NCBI GenBank assembly: GCA_963777965.1
Contig: CAVZSS010000018.1
Coordinates: forward strand, 64,928 to 128,927
Direction of reading: 5' to 3'
From: an uncultured Chloroflexia bacterium
Lineage (GTDB): Bacteria; Chloroflexota; Anaerolineae; Anaerolineales; UBA4823
DNA: 64,000 nucleotides
The translations under genes and the position numbers were made by a program. Positions within the stretch are counted from its first letter, which is position 1. Each line of letters starts with the position of its first letter. Of this stretch, positions 1 to 9,516 are shown piece after piece. The notes below the pieces were generated by a model. The model saw nothing but the letters and a program-made list of their open reading frames with translations. It was not told where the DNA came from and made no database searches.

Positions 1-486
1 GCAGGTATCGAGGGCGGTCGAGATTCCCTGCTCCTTCAAGCTGCGCAAGAGCGCTTCGGTAAAGTCCGCTTGATAGGTTGGTTCACCACCGGATAGCGTT
101 ACTCCGCCGCCGGATTTCTCGTAGTAAGCCCGGTCTTTGAGTAGTTCAGCCAGTAATTCTTCTACGGACAAGGTCCTTCCCAGCATCTCGCGCGCACCAG
201 ATGGACAGGTTTCAACACATTTACCGCACGCCTCGCATCGTTGGCGGTCAATCACCAGTCCCGCGCCAGTCATCGCAAGGCATCTATTTGGGCAGGCATC
301 CAAGCATAATTTACAGCCGATGCAGCGCGTTGCGAACCACTGGGTTTGCAATTGCATGGAGATACTCTCCGGGTTGTGGCACCAGGCACACTGCAGAGGG
401 CAGCCCTTGAAGAAAACCGTGCTGCGGATGCCTGGCCCGTCCTCAGTGGAGAGGCGCTGGAGGTGCAGGATTCGGCCGGTGGTCAT
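1..486 (-). CDS. glycyl-radical enzyme activating enzyme (radical SAM, PflA-like); C-terminal part cut by window edge
   Basis: Absent from the ORF track because it runs off the window. My minus-strand translation from ATG 486..484 gives MTTGRILHLQRLSTEDGPGIRSTVFFKGCPLQCAWCHNPES... This holds the CxxxCxxC radical-SAM motif, two ferredoxin-like clusters (CIGCKLCLDACP, CEACGKCVETCP) and GGGVTLSGGEP. The ATG overlaps the TGA of the upstream GRE (ATGA). Confidence 0.85.
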   Translation of the reverse strand, partial: MTTGRILHLQRLSTEDGPGIRSTVFFKGCPLQCAWCHNPESISMQLQTQWFATRCIGCKLCLDACPNRCLAMTGAGLVIDRQRCEACGKCVETCPSGAREMLGRTLSVEELLAELLKDRAYYEKSGGGVTLSGGEPTYQADFTEALLRSLKEQGISTALDTC

Positions 487-3003
487 TTCATCTGGTGGCT
501 TTCACGGGAGATGATCTCGTTCTGGAGTTCCCTTCCAATGGAGGTGAAATAAGCGTTGTAGCCGGTGACGCGCACCAGCAGGTGCCGATAGTTCTCTGGG
601 TGAGACTGGGCGTCTCGCAACAGGTCAGCATTGACCAAATTTACCTGCAATGCGGAACCGCCATTTTCTATGTAACCCTTCAGGAAGGCCTTGAACTTCT
701 CACGGTGTTCAGGATCGCGCAGCATGGACGGGTTGAAGGTCATCGTGTGGCTGCCACCGTTGGGCAGAAGGTTCAGGTATTCCTCCCAATCTCCACGGCC
801 ATCTGCGGCTTTTCCACCCAGGGCTTTACCCACCGAGTTGACATTTGCTGTAGGTCCGTTGATATCTGCGCCATTGGAAGGGCACAATGCATTCGATAGG
901 AATTTTCCACGCGGGCGTCCATCTGGGCTGGCAGGCAGGATGAATGAATCAGCTACCCAATAGTTCCACGACAACATGCCGGGTCGGAATTGACGGCTGG
1001 TGGATTTTGTCTTGTATTTCCAGGTTTCTCCAGTCCATAATTCCATAACCTGGCGAGCCAGCGCATCGGCTGCCTCATCATCTCTGCCATACTTGGGAGC
1101 CTTGTGAAGGGCGCGTGCCTGTAGAACTTCGTGCCCACTCCAGTTATCCTTGAGTGCCTGGATGAGCTCTGCCATTGTGCATGCTTTTTGATCGAAGACG
1201 AGATACTTCACAGCCAGTAAAGAATCAACCGTGGTGGCGTATGTCACCGCCTCGATCGTTACGTAGCCTAATTCCGCGCCACCTTCGGTGATGTCCATCC
1301 CTTTCTGAGCGCAGCCTTTAACCAGGCAGGAGACATACGGTGTAGGTGCAAATTGGGCACGAATGGACTCGCTTTGCTCGTATAGTTCCACGATTCGGCG
1401 GATGATGTGTTGGGTCTGAGCAGCATACGCCTCCCAGAATTGCTCCCACGTATGGAATTGGGTAGCATCACCTGTGTCCGCTCCCCAGCGGGAGCGCGGG
1501 TCAGTCTTGCCGGTCATAGGGTCGGTGAACGGGATCAGGTCATAGCCTCCGGTCAGTGCCAATTCCACAGCCTTCAACAAATTCAAGTTGGCATCCACGG
1601 TGCCGGAGCGGTCGTTTCCAACCATCGTGTTTTCGAGGCAGCCGACTGGGGCATACTCAAAGACATTTTTCTCATGGATGAGTTGCGTCACCCCCGATTT
1701 CTTTGCTTGCAGCATCATGCCGGCCATGGAGCGTTCATCGAAATTGAGCAGGAAGGGCGATCCCTGGCTGGATGCGATCATTTCCACCACGCGGTCAAGC
1801 AATCTGTCTGGCGAGCCGCGGTGCAGGCGCACATTGGGTTTGGGCTCCAGGACGGGTGACATCTCGTCAATCACATCCAGCAGGATATACGTCAGATCGT
1901 TCGACATATCCTTCCCACCCGCTCCCATGCCTGAGATGGTGAAAAGTTGTCCATAACCTGCTGTAATTCCCTGGTTGCCGCCTGTGCGGATCATGCCATC
2001 GTAGGCGGTGTTGCAATGCAGCCAGAAGCATTTCAGGATCTCCTTGCCGAGTTCCGGGTCCATGCCTTCGCGGATGGACTGTTCCCATAAGGGAAATAAG
2101 TACTGATCGAACCGACCGAAGGAATCACCCGGGCCTGGGTAATTTTCATCCGACATGACCAGCATGTGAGTTAGCCAAAGGGACTGCAGCGCTTCCCAGA
2201 AATTTTGTGCAGGTTCCCAGGGGACGCGCGATCAGGTTATTGGCCATTTGGAGCAATTCCTGGCGACGTTGTGGGTCAGCTTCTATCTTTGCCAGTTGCT
2301 GGCATTCCTTGGAATATTCCGCTGCCAGGTCGCGTGGCATGCTTGCAGCAGTCATCATCGCGCGCAGTTGCGCACCTTTTTTGCCATTTTTATCCCCTTC
2401 GGCTAACGCTGCGTAGGTTGATTCAAGTTCGGCATGCACAGCTTTCCACCCATAGCGGATGATACGACCGTAATCGGGGATCAGGTGCCCGGACGTAGCG
2501 CCAACATTACCGTAGCCATGGTTGTGGAACCAGAGCATCGCTGCGCGGCTGCCCTTGAGGCCGTAGACCAGGCGATCGCGGTCTTTTGTCTCCTTTTCCG
2601 TCAGGCAGGTGGATGTCTGTATGTTGAAGCGCCCACCAGCAAGCAGGTCCCCGGGTAGGATTTCCTTTGGTAGATAATGTACCATCACCTCGCGGTTGAA
2701 CCAGGCGCGCCGCTCCGGCAGTGACCACTTCCAGAAATCAGGATGTAGGTTGACAGGGTGCGCCACTTGTTTAAAGGATGAGCGAAAAGTCTGCAGGAAA
2801 GAGTATGTCTCCGGGACGATATAGAAGGTTAATTCGTTATACTGGAAATCCCAGGGCGTTCCGGTGCTCCAGGAGGTGTACTCGTTGTTCCAGGCGCGGT
2901 TAACCCCCTGGAAATAATAATCACGTAGCCATTGGATGCGTGGTGACAAATTGGTAGGTGTTTTGATGGAAAAGTGGGGCTGAGTATCGGTTATTGTGGT
3001 CAT
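483..3003 (-). CDS. glycyl radical enzyme (PFL/GRE superfamily, single-Cys Cys-x-Glu loop, substrate unknown); frame broken once
   Basis: ORFs 2146..3003 (285 aa) and 483..2165 (560 aa) are the N- and C-terminal parts of one ~840-aa GRE. It has the glycyl-radical motif LLVRVTGYNAYF near the C-terminus and the thiyl loop APVGCLENTM. The conserved FWEALQSLWLTHM can be joined to the N-terminal ORF only by changing frame at the G4 run 2220..2223. An overlapping activase gene follows. Confidence 0.85.
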
Positions 3004-3388
3004 CGGCGTTCTCCTCTAAGATTTACTACCATGAACGTGCATCTCTTCTAGGAAGGTGTGTTAGTTTTATACGCATCGGCTGGTTGGGTCGTGCGGCAGG
3101 AGAAAAAAGTTGATTCAGGGTAAACCTTCCGGCATACGGGGATTATATCGCTAAGGCGTTAGATATGGTAATTCCTAATTTAGGAGTATATTTCCCTGAA
3201 AATTTTATAAAGTCCCCAAAAGGATATATCGAACATTTTTATCAGAAGATAAAATTGGTCCCACCGGGTAAATGATTGTTTTTCCAGTTCTATCAATCCG
3301 GGTTATACTTATTTTATTGTAACTACTCACCGGCCATCTATTATTACCATCACCTGCGAGTATTTGAGGCGGCAATATCCAGAAAACA

Positions 3389-3428
3389 GGGATCCGCAGG
3401 TGGTTTTCCCTGCGGATCCCTATTTTCT
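3389..3428 (+). terminator. perfect 12-bp hairpin with flanking A- and T-tracts (terminator/attenuator-like) inside a divergent intergenic region
   Basis: GGGATCCGCAGG (3389..3400), 8-nt loop, CCTGCGGATCCC (3409..3420), then TATTTTCT. AGAAAACA lies upstream. It sits ~110 nt before the aminotransferase start. Confidence 0.35.
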
Positions 3429-3539
3429 GACCTTTTCCCCCCATCCCAGACAATTTTGGGAAGGCGGAAAGGGGGGACTAAGGGGGGATGGGTGAGTAAT
3501 TACATTTTATTGGATCCAATATTAAATCGGAGGAAGGAC

Positions 3540-4901
3540 ATGACCCCAGACATCAATCCACTTGAACAACTTTACCGTTCGCGCACATCTGCATCCAAGC
3601 AATTATCTGATTTGGCAGGCAAATATCTGCCAGGTGGTGTAGCCGCCAATGGCAAATACCTCCCGCCCTACCCAATTTACATGGTCGGCGGCCAGGGTGC
3701 AGAGATGGTCGATATCGACAACAATAAATACATAGATTTATTGATGGGTGCGGGTGTTCATATCCTGGGACATTCACCTGAGTGTGTCCTGCGTGCTGTG
3801 CACAAGCAGCTCGACATTGGAGTGCACTATTATCTCCCGGCCGAAGCAGAGGTCAAACTGGCACAGAAGGTTTGTAAGCTGATGCCCTCGGTCGAGATGG
3901 TTCGCTTCTTGAACAGCGGTTCTGAATCAACCTTGATGGCTTTACGTGCTGCACGTGCCTACCGTAAGCGCCCCAAGATTGTAAAATTCGAAGGTAACTT
4001 TCACGGCCAGCATGATACAGTCCTGGTCAGTACCCTGGCAGTGGAAGGTGATCCGGGAACCCCTCAACCCCATCTGGATAGCGCTGGCATCCCTGAGAAT
4101 GTAAAAGACAACCTTATCATCCTGCCCTACAATGATCCGGACACCGCTGTCAAGCAGATCAAGCTGCACGCCAACGAGTTGGGTGGGGTAATCGTCGAAC
4201 CGGTCTCGGCTTTCGGTTTGGGGGTGGTGCCAGCTGATATCGAATTCCTCAAAGCCTTGCGCCAGGTGACTGCTGAAACAGGCGTCCCGCTGATTTTCGA
4301 TGAGGTAGTGACCAATTTCCGCATCGCACTCGGTGGTGCCCTCGAATACTTTGGCGTCCTGCCCGACCTGGTTTGCCTGGGAAAAATCCTGGGTGGTGGC
4401 TTCGCGATTGGGGGATTCGGCGGTAAGCGTGAGATTATGGACAAGGTAGTCACCCCAAAGGTCGGCCTGTGGGACCTGTCCGAACAAATCTTCCAGTCCG
4501 GCTGTTTCTCTGGCAATCCGGTCTCGATGATGGCTGGCCTTGCGGTCCTGGAGGAGCTCGAGAAAGGCACAACTTACCCGTATATCAATGCATTGACAGA
4601 AACCCTCTGCCGCGGAATGGATAGTCTTGGCGAACGTCTGGGTGTTCCTCTTATGGCTGCCAGGGTGGCATCTATCTTCCAATTCCACTTCACTTCCATA
4701 GGGATCAAGAATAAGCGCGATGCCATGAAAGCCAACAAGCAAGCTGCAGGCTTGTTCCACCTTGGCCTGCGCGCCAATGGTATTATGGCCAGTGCCCACC
4801 CGCTCTTTATGTCCACTGCGCACAATCAGAGCCATGTTGACAGGGTCTTGGAGGTCTCCGAAACAGTTCTCAAGCAGATGCTGATCAACAAGATGTTTTA
4901 A
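3540..4901 (+). CDS. class-III (PLP-dependent) aminotransferase, glutamate-1-semialdehyde aminomutase-like paralog
   Basis: In-frame ATG 3540 is preceded by GGAGGAAGG. The product MTPDINPLEQLYRS...GKYLPGGVA...DLLMGAGVHILGH...LIFDEVVTNFR...GKILGGGFAIGGFGG matches the GSA-AM/class-III pattern, including the Lys-containing GK-I-x-GGG segment. It lacks the canonical HemL GGVNSPVRAF, so I do not call it hemL. Confidence 0.85.
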   Translation: MTPDINPLEQLYRSRTSASKQLSDLAGKYLPGGVAANGKYLPPYPIYMVGGQGAEMVDIDNNKYIDLLMGAGVHILGHSPECVLRAVHKQLDIGVHYYLPAEAEVKLAQKVCKLMPSVEMVRFLNSGSESTLMALRAARAYRKRPKIVKFEGNFHGQHDTVLVSTLAVEGDPGTPQPHLDSAGIPENVKDNLIILPYNDPDTAVKQIKLHANELGGVIVEPVSAFGLGVVPADIEFLKALRQVTAETGVPLIFDEVVTNFRIALGGALEYFGVLPDLVCLGKILGGGFAIGGFGGKREIMDKVVTPKVGLWDLSEQIFQSGCFSGNPVSMMAGLAVLEELEKGTTYPYINALTETLCRGMDSLGERLGVPLMAARVASIFQFHFTSIGIKNKRDAMKANKQAAGLFHLGLRANGIMASAHPLFMSTAHNQSHVDRVLEVSETVLKQMLINKMF

Positions 4902-5106
4902 CCTGTTTTTATGGAGACTGGATAATACATATCAGGAATCCAAACGCTGCCAAGTTTTTCGAGCAGTTCCTCTTCTTGGAACCTCCCTCGATAAGTTCGA
5001 AGCCTGTCTTTGGAATCATATAGCCATCAAGGCGGAACGCATTGGATTGGAATTCGTCTACCGCATCGATAGTGAACTGATCACTGCGAGTTTGTTAACA
5101 GCACTT

Positions 5107-5136
5107 AAAAAATCCGCCTTTTGTGGCGGATTTTTG
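5107..5136. terminator. bidirectional intrinsic terminator between convergent genes
   Basis: AAAAAATCCGCC-TTTTGT-GGCGGATTTTTG: a GC-rich stem flanked by an A-tract and a T-tract. It lies between the aminotransferase (+) and the DmsC-like gene (-). Confidence 0.6.
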
Positions 5137-5153
5137 TGTGCCCCAATGAGGTT

Positions 5154-6622
5154 TTAACTTTTGTTTCGGCCTCGAGAGGACCGCACTTTATAAATACGAT
5201 AAGTCCCCGCATGATTGGCATTCATGGGAAACGGCTTACGAATAGCGTAAAACTGCCACCGGCCAATAATTTCGGCTGCCATGACTACCAGGAAAATTGG
5301 AATAGCCAGCCATGCTTGATTGGCCTGAGGTACGATAGCTAAGAACAGAGTCCCGATAATTCCCAGGCCGAGAAAAGCAATTCGCAGCTTACGTGCCGTG
5401 TCGTTATTGGTGGATTGTGTTGTCAGCATCATTAGTATTCCTGCTATCATTCCGATCCCGGCAAGGATTACCCATTCAGGGTGCGGTGCAGCGAAGTTTA
5501 CGCCAAGTGCTCCAAGAGTCACTGCGCTCAAGAAAAATGCTGCAGAGGTGCGCCAGTTGTTCCAGGCTGGGACCGCTCTAAGGTGGTAGACTTGGGTCAT
5601 GCAGTAAATCAGCCCGAGGCCTAATATCGCCAAAGGCCAGGGATTGGGAGAAATTTTCCAGAAAAATTGAAGTCCAACTGCTACCGCCCAGGTTGCTCCG
5701 AACAAGCCTGCCACCAGGATTTCCCGGCTCAGCCAGGATTTTTTGAGATGTATGACCGACCGCCAGGCATTGCCTTTCCTGCCCAGGTGCAGGAACGAAA
5801 TTATTCCCCCCGCTGCCCAGTAGAATACCGATGGCCAGACAGCACAGGCAGGGGTACTGGAGAAAGCACCAGGCTGAAAACTGCCATACCTGCTGCCGCC
5901 TGGGCGAGCAGGGTAAAGCCAACTAATGGCAGTTCGCGCACAGTGTCGATTCGATGGGTATTCTCAAACGAATGGGGTGGCCGGAGTTCTTCTTGGTTGG
6001 AAACCGTTTTGGTAAGCGGGTTATTCATCCCTGCATGTGGTTTGATGGCCAGATGCGGCTCCGTGCGTGAATAATCTGGCAATGGGAAAGGATGTTCGGT
6101 CGCTGGCAGCTGCCATAAATTCTGACCTTTATTTACTGTACTCAATTCTTCGATTGTTTCATAATCTAATACCCGGAGCGGGCAGGCTGCCACGCAACTC
6201 GGTGGCATACCAGCATCAAGTCGATCGTAACAAAAGTCGCATTTGGTCATGATGCCTTGCATGGTATCGTACTGCGGTGCTCCATACGGACATGCCCAGG
6301 CGCAGTAATCGCAACCCATGCACTTGGACGAGTCGATCAATACGATCCCATCCGGGCGGACGGTGTAGGCATCCACTGGGCATACGCCCGCGCATTTTGG
6401 ATGGGTGCAGTGGTTGCATGCAAGGGATAGGTTATAGGCGAAAACGCTGTTCTCCCACGCACTGCTGGCCATATGCCAATCCCCACCAGAGATTTCAATC
6501 ACCCGCCGCCACATTATTCCAATCGGCAGGTTGTTTTTATCCTTACAGGCTTCCTGGCAGGTCTTGCAACCCGAACAGGCACTTGCGTCAAAGGTGAATG
6601 TATAGCTCATCTCTCGAATCAT
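5154..6622 (-). CDS. fused 4x[4Fe-4S] ferredoxin subunit (DmsB-like) and DmsC-like membrane anchor; frame broken once
   Basis: ORF 5801..6622 carries the Cys clusters CSGCKTCQEAC, CNHCTHPKCAGVC, CMGCDYCAWAC and CDFCYDR...CVAAC. It then runs without a stop into a TM helix (LVGFTLLAQAAAGMAVFSLVL). The DmsC signature ISFLHLGRKGNAWRSVIHLKKSWLSREIL appears only in the frame of ORF 5154..5714 extended upstream. The frame change is most likely at the G4 run 5851..5854. Confidence 0.75.
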
Positions 6623-6635
6623 TCACTCCGCAGGT

Positions 6636-9017
6636 TCAAGGATTTCCTGAATCTCTCTGCTGTTTTTTTAGGTTGGATTTTTCAACTTGAACCATGATCG
6701 TATGCTGCGTCGAGCCGAATGCCAGTGGAGTCCAACGGTGGGAAGTCAGCACATTGATACAACCGCCATGATCAACACCCTCCGGGTCGGGGTCCCACCA
6801 GGCACCCTGCGGGATGTCGACCACGCCTGGCAAGATACGCTGGGTGAGGCGGGCATGTATGACCAGCTCCCCTCGTTCATTCCAGACCCGTACCAAATCG
6901 CCATCCTCGATACCCCTTGCCTTTGCATCCAGTGGATTGATGAAGATCCGCTGTGGGAAAGCCTCCTGAAGCCAGTCATTGTTAGCATGTGTGGAGTGCA
7001 CCCGGGCGAGGCTGTGATGCCCAATGGCTTGCAGTGGATATTGTTTTTCCCCATGTTTATTTGAGGCATTTGATCCATTGTCTCCCTCAGGGAATGGATT
7101 TTCCCATTCCGGGATGTATTTAGGTACCGCAGGGATATCATAGGGTCTGTCCATGTCATACAGGGTCTTGGAAAAGATCTCGATTTTACCGCTGGGTGTC
7201 TTCAAAGGGTATTTTTGTGGATCACGGCGGAAATCAGCCAGGCCAACGGCAGGTTGGGTGACTGGTTTTGAGTAGGCACCCAGGTTTTGCTCAATGAATG
7301 TTTCCAGGCTGGGCAGGTCAGGGAAGCGTGTTTCCCTGTAACGGTCAAGGCACCATTCCACCCAGCCTTTTTCGTCACGGCCTTCTGTATAAGCATCCCC
7401 AAAGCCTAAACGATCCGCCAGGTCTGCGCAGATTCGGTAATCACTCTTACACTCACCGAGTGGCTCGACCAGTTTGGGTTGTAAAATAACTTCATCTCCA
7501 TACTTCCAGCCGTCCTCCACTCCCCAGGTTTCGAACTGGGTGCAGGCTGGTAGCACAACATCCGCAAATTTTGCGGTGGAAGTCAGGAAGTTATCCTGAA
7601 CTACAATAAATTCAACTTTTGACTCGTCCCTCAGTATTGCTGCCGAGCGGTTGATATCAGCATGCTGGTTGATGAGGCAGTTGGTGGCAACGCCATAGAT
7701 CAGCTTAATGTCGGTCTTCAAGTTTGGGGCGCCGATCACACCCTCAGCCGAAGTCATCTCATGTCCACGCAGGCACGCTTCACTCCACAGAAAAACTGGG
7801 ATACTCGCTTTTACTGGGTTCTCTCCCGTCGGGAAAAGCGTCCAAAAAGGACCGCCGTCGGGTGCTTGCATACCCAGTCCACTTGCCCACCCACCCGGTA
7901 TCCCCACGTTACCAGTGATGGCAGCCAGCACACAACCGGCACGCACCACCTGTTCTCCATAAGCGCGGCGCTGCATTCCGTATCCCTGGTAGAGCACCCC
8001 GGGTTTGATCGTGGCATACTCATGTGCGATACGGGAGATGGTCGCCGCAGGCACTGCGGTGATGGCTTCAGCCCACTGCGGGGTTTTGGGGACTCCGTCA
8101 CGCACACCGAGCAGATAATCGGAATATGATTCTGAGCTCTCTGCACCTGGAGGCATGTGGGAGCCATCCCAACCTATGCAGTGGGTGCGAACAAAATCGG
8201 CATCGTATAGATCCTCGGTTAGCATCACATAGGCCATGGCGCTCATCATGGCCGTGTCGGTGCCCGGGCGGATGGGGATCCACTCATCGGCCAGGGATGC
8301 TGCTGAAAGTGAATGGCGCGGGTCGATGCACACAACTTTTGCGCCGTTCTCATGTGCCAGCTTGACGAAGTAATCGCTGTTGGTGCCATCGCGCATTTCG
8401 GCGGGATTCCAGCCCCACATAATGATGTAGCGGCTGTTCAACCAATCCTGGCGTTGGTTGCCAGTGACCAGGGTTCCATAAACAGTCGGAGTGGCGATAT
8501 TGATTGCGCCCCACGAATAGGAATTGTAAATACCGAGGCAACCGCCGAACAGGTTCATCAGGCGGCGAGCGGTGTGCGAGCCGTTGAGCTGGTTGTAGCT
8601 GCCCGTTCCGTAGGGTACAAACAAGGCTTCATTACCATATTTTTCTCTAACACGGTGAAGCTGCCCAACCACAGTCTCCAAAGCTTCCTCCCACGTACAG
8701 CGCACGAATTGGCCTTCACCGCGTTCACCCACCCGTTTAAGCGGATACTGCAGGCGGTCGGGATGGTACTGGCGGCGTAGGTAGGCGCGTCCCCGGGCAC
8801 AAGCCCGCAGCTGTGGAGCAGCCAGGCTGTCCGGGCGGTCGTCCGTATCCAGTTGGGTGATCCTGCCGTTTTCGATGGAGGCGATGAGCAGGCAGCGTCC
8901 TCCGCAGTTATGTGCCGGACATCCAACCCGGATTCGGGAGACAATCTGCCCGTTGTATCCTGGCCCCGTTTGCCGTAGAGAGGATGGATTGGATTTTGCT
9001 TTGCTGAAAAATTTCAT
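6636..9017 (-). CDS. molybdopterin (bis-MGD) oxidoreductase catalytic subunit, DMSO-reductase family, no obvious Tat signal
   Basis: 793-aa ORF with an N-terminal FeS motif GCPAHNCGGRC...C, followed by molybdopterin oxidoreductase and C-terminal dinucleotide-binding regions (...VVQDNFLTSTAKFADVVLPACTQFE...). The N-terminus MKFFSKAKSNPSSLRQTG has no RR-x-F-L-K motif. Confidence 0.85.
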   Translation of the reverse strand: MKFFSKAKSNPSSLRQTGPGYNGQIVSRIRVGCPAHNCGGRCLLIASIENGRITQLDTDDRPDSLAAPQLRACARGRAYLRRQYHPDRLQYPLKRVGERGEGQFVRCTWEEALETVVGQLHRVREKYGNEALFVPYGTGSYNQLNGSHTARRLMNLFGGCLGIYNSYSWGAINIATPTVYGTLVTGNQRQDWLNSRYIIMWGWNPAEMRDGTNSDYFVKLAHENGAKVVCIDPRHSLSAASLADEWIPIRPGTDTAMMSAMAYVMLTEDLYDADFVRTHCIGWDGSHMPPGAESSESYSDYLLGVRDGVPKTPQWAEAITAVPAATISRIAHEYATIKPGVLYQGYGMQRRAYGEQVVRAGCVLAAITGNVGIPGGWASGLGMQAPDGGPFWTLFPTGENPVKASIPVFLWSEACLRGHEMTSAEGVIGAPNLKTDIKLIYGVATNCLINQHADINRSAAILRDESKVEFIVVQDNFLTSTAKFADVVLPACTQFETWGVEDGWKYGDEVILQPKLVEPLGECKSDYRICADLADRLGFGDAYTEGRDEKGWVEWCLDRYRETRFPDLPSLETFIEQNLGAYSKPVTQPAVGLADFRRDPQKYPLKTPSGKIEIFSKTLYDMDRPYDIPAVPKYIPEWENPFPEGDNGSNASNKHGEKQYPLQAIGHHSLARVHSTHANNDWLQEAFPQRIFINPLDAKARGIEDGDLVRVWNERGELVIHARLTQRILPGVVDIPQGAWWDPDPEGVDHGGCINVLTSHRWTPLAFGSTQHTIMVQVEKSNLKKQQRDSGNP

Positions 9018-9100
9018 AACACCAGTATATAGTTTTTGGTACGATGTGAGAAGTGTCAGAGAGCACTTTTATATAACATATGGGATTATTTCTTCATAGA

Positions 9101-9137
9101 TTAAACAAAGAAAACTCGGAGGTGAACTCTGAGTTTT
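9101..9137 (-). terminator. weak terminator-like hairpin after the tRNA/repeat array
   Basis: On the minus strand, AAAACTCAGAG-TTCAC-CTCCGAGTTTT is followed by CTTTGTTT. The stem is AU-rich with one mismatch. Confidence 0.3.
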
Positions 9138-9140
9138 CAG

Positions 9141-9429
9141 GTGCCCCCAACGAGGTTCGAACTCGGTTGGCCTCAAGTCCCTGGAACGGGGATGAGAGAG
9201 CCGGGTTTCTGTGCCCCCAACGAGGTTCGAACTCGTGTTTCGGCCTCAAGTCCCTGGAACGGGGATGAGAGAGCCGGGTTTCTGTGCCCCCAACGAGGTT
9301 CGAACTCGTGTTTCGGCCTCAAGTCCCTGGAACGGGGATGAGAGAGCCGGGTTTCTGTGCCCCCAACGAGGTTCGAACTCGTGTTTCGGCCTCAAGTCCC
9401 TGGAACGGGGATGAGAGAGCCGGGTTTCT
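9141..9429 (-). repeat. four head-to-tail tRNA-Glu-derived units (one 70-bp variant 9141..9210; three identical 73-bp units 9211..9283, 9284..9356, 9357..9429)
   Basis: Direct reading of the sequence. The plus-strand unit is GTGCCCCCAACGAGGTTCGAACTCGTGTTTCGGCCTCAAGTCCCTGGAACGGGGATGAGAGAGCCGGGTTTCT. Its first 36 nt are identical to the 3' end of the adjacent tRNA gene. Confidence 0.95.
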
Positions 9430-9430
9430 G

Positions 9431-9503
9431 TGCCCCCAACGAGGTTCGAACTCGTGTTTCGGCCTTGAGAGGGCCGTGTCCTGGGCCGCTAGACAATGGG
9501 GGC
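9431..9503 (-). tRNA. tRNA-Glu (anticodon CUC)
   Basis: Manual cloverleaf: acceptor GCCCCCA/TGGGGGC, D stem GTCT/GGAC, anticodon arm CGGCC-CTCTCAA-GGCCG, variable AAAC, T arm ACGAG-TTCGAAC-CTCGT, discriminator A. 73 nt, with no encoded CCA. Confidence 0.9.
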
Positions 9504-9516
9504 GGAGAGCGACGGA

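Noticed and set aside
137-552. Plus-strand ORFs 137..514, 201..410, 346..552
   Set aside because: They are antisense to the clearly recognisable radical-SAM activase. Their products are Ser/Arg/Pro-rich with no motifs.
3276-3539. N-terminal 88-codon extension of the aminotransferase ORF (541-aa version)
   Set aside because: The extension is low-complexity text crossing a perfect hairpin and G/C tracts. The conserved protein begins at ATG 3540, directly after GGAGGAAGG.
4902-5100. Possible minus-strand gene remnant (…FTIDAVDEFQSNAFRLDGYMIPKTGFELIE / GRFQEEELLEKLGSVWIPDMYYPVSIKTG*)
   Set aside because: It has no start codon, is split over two frames, is under 70 codons and has no motif I recognise. 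This is not enough to call a feature.
9141-9429. Possible CRISPR array
   Set aside because: The units are directly contiguous with no unique spacers, the unit length (73 bp) is atypical, and no cas genes occur in the window.
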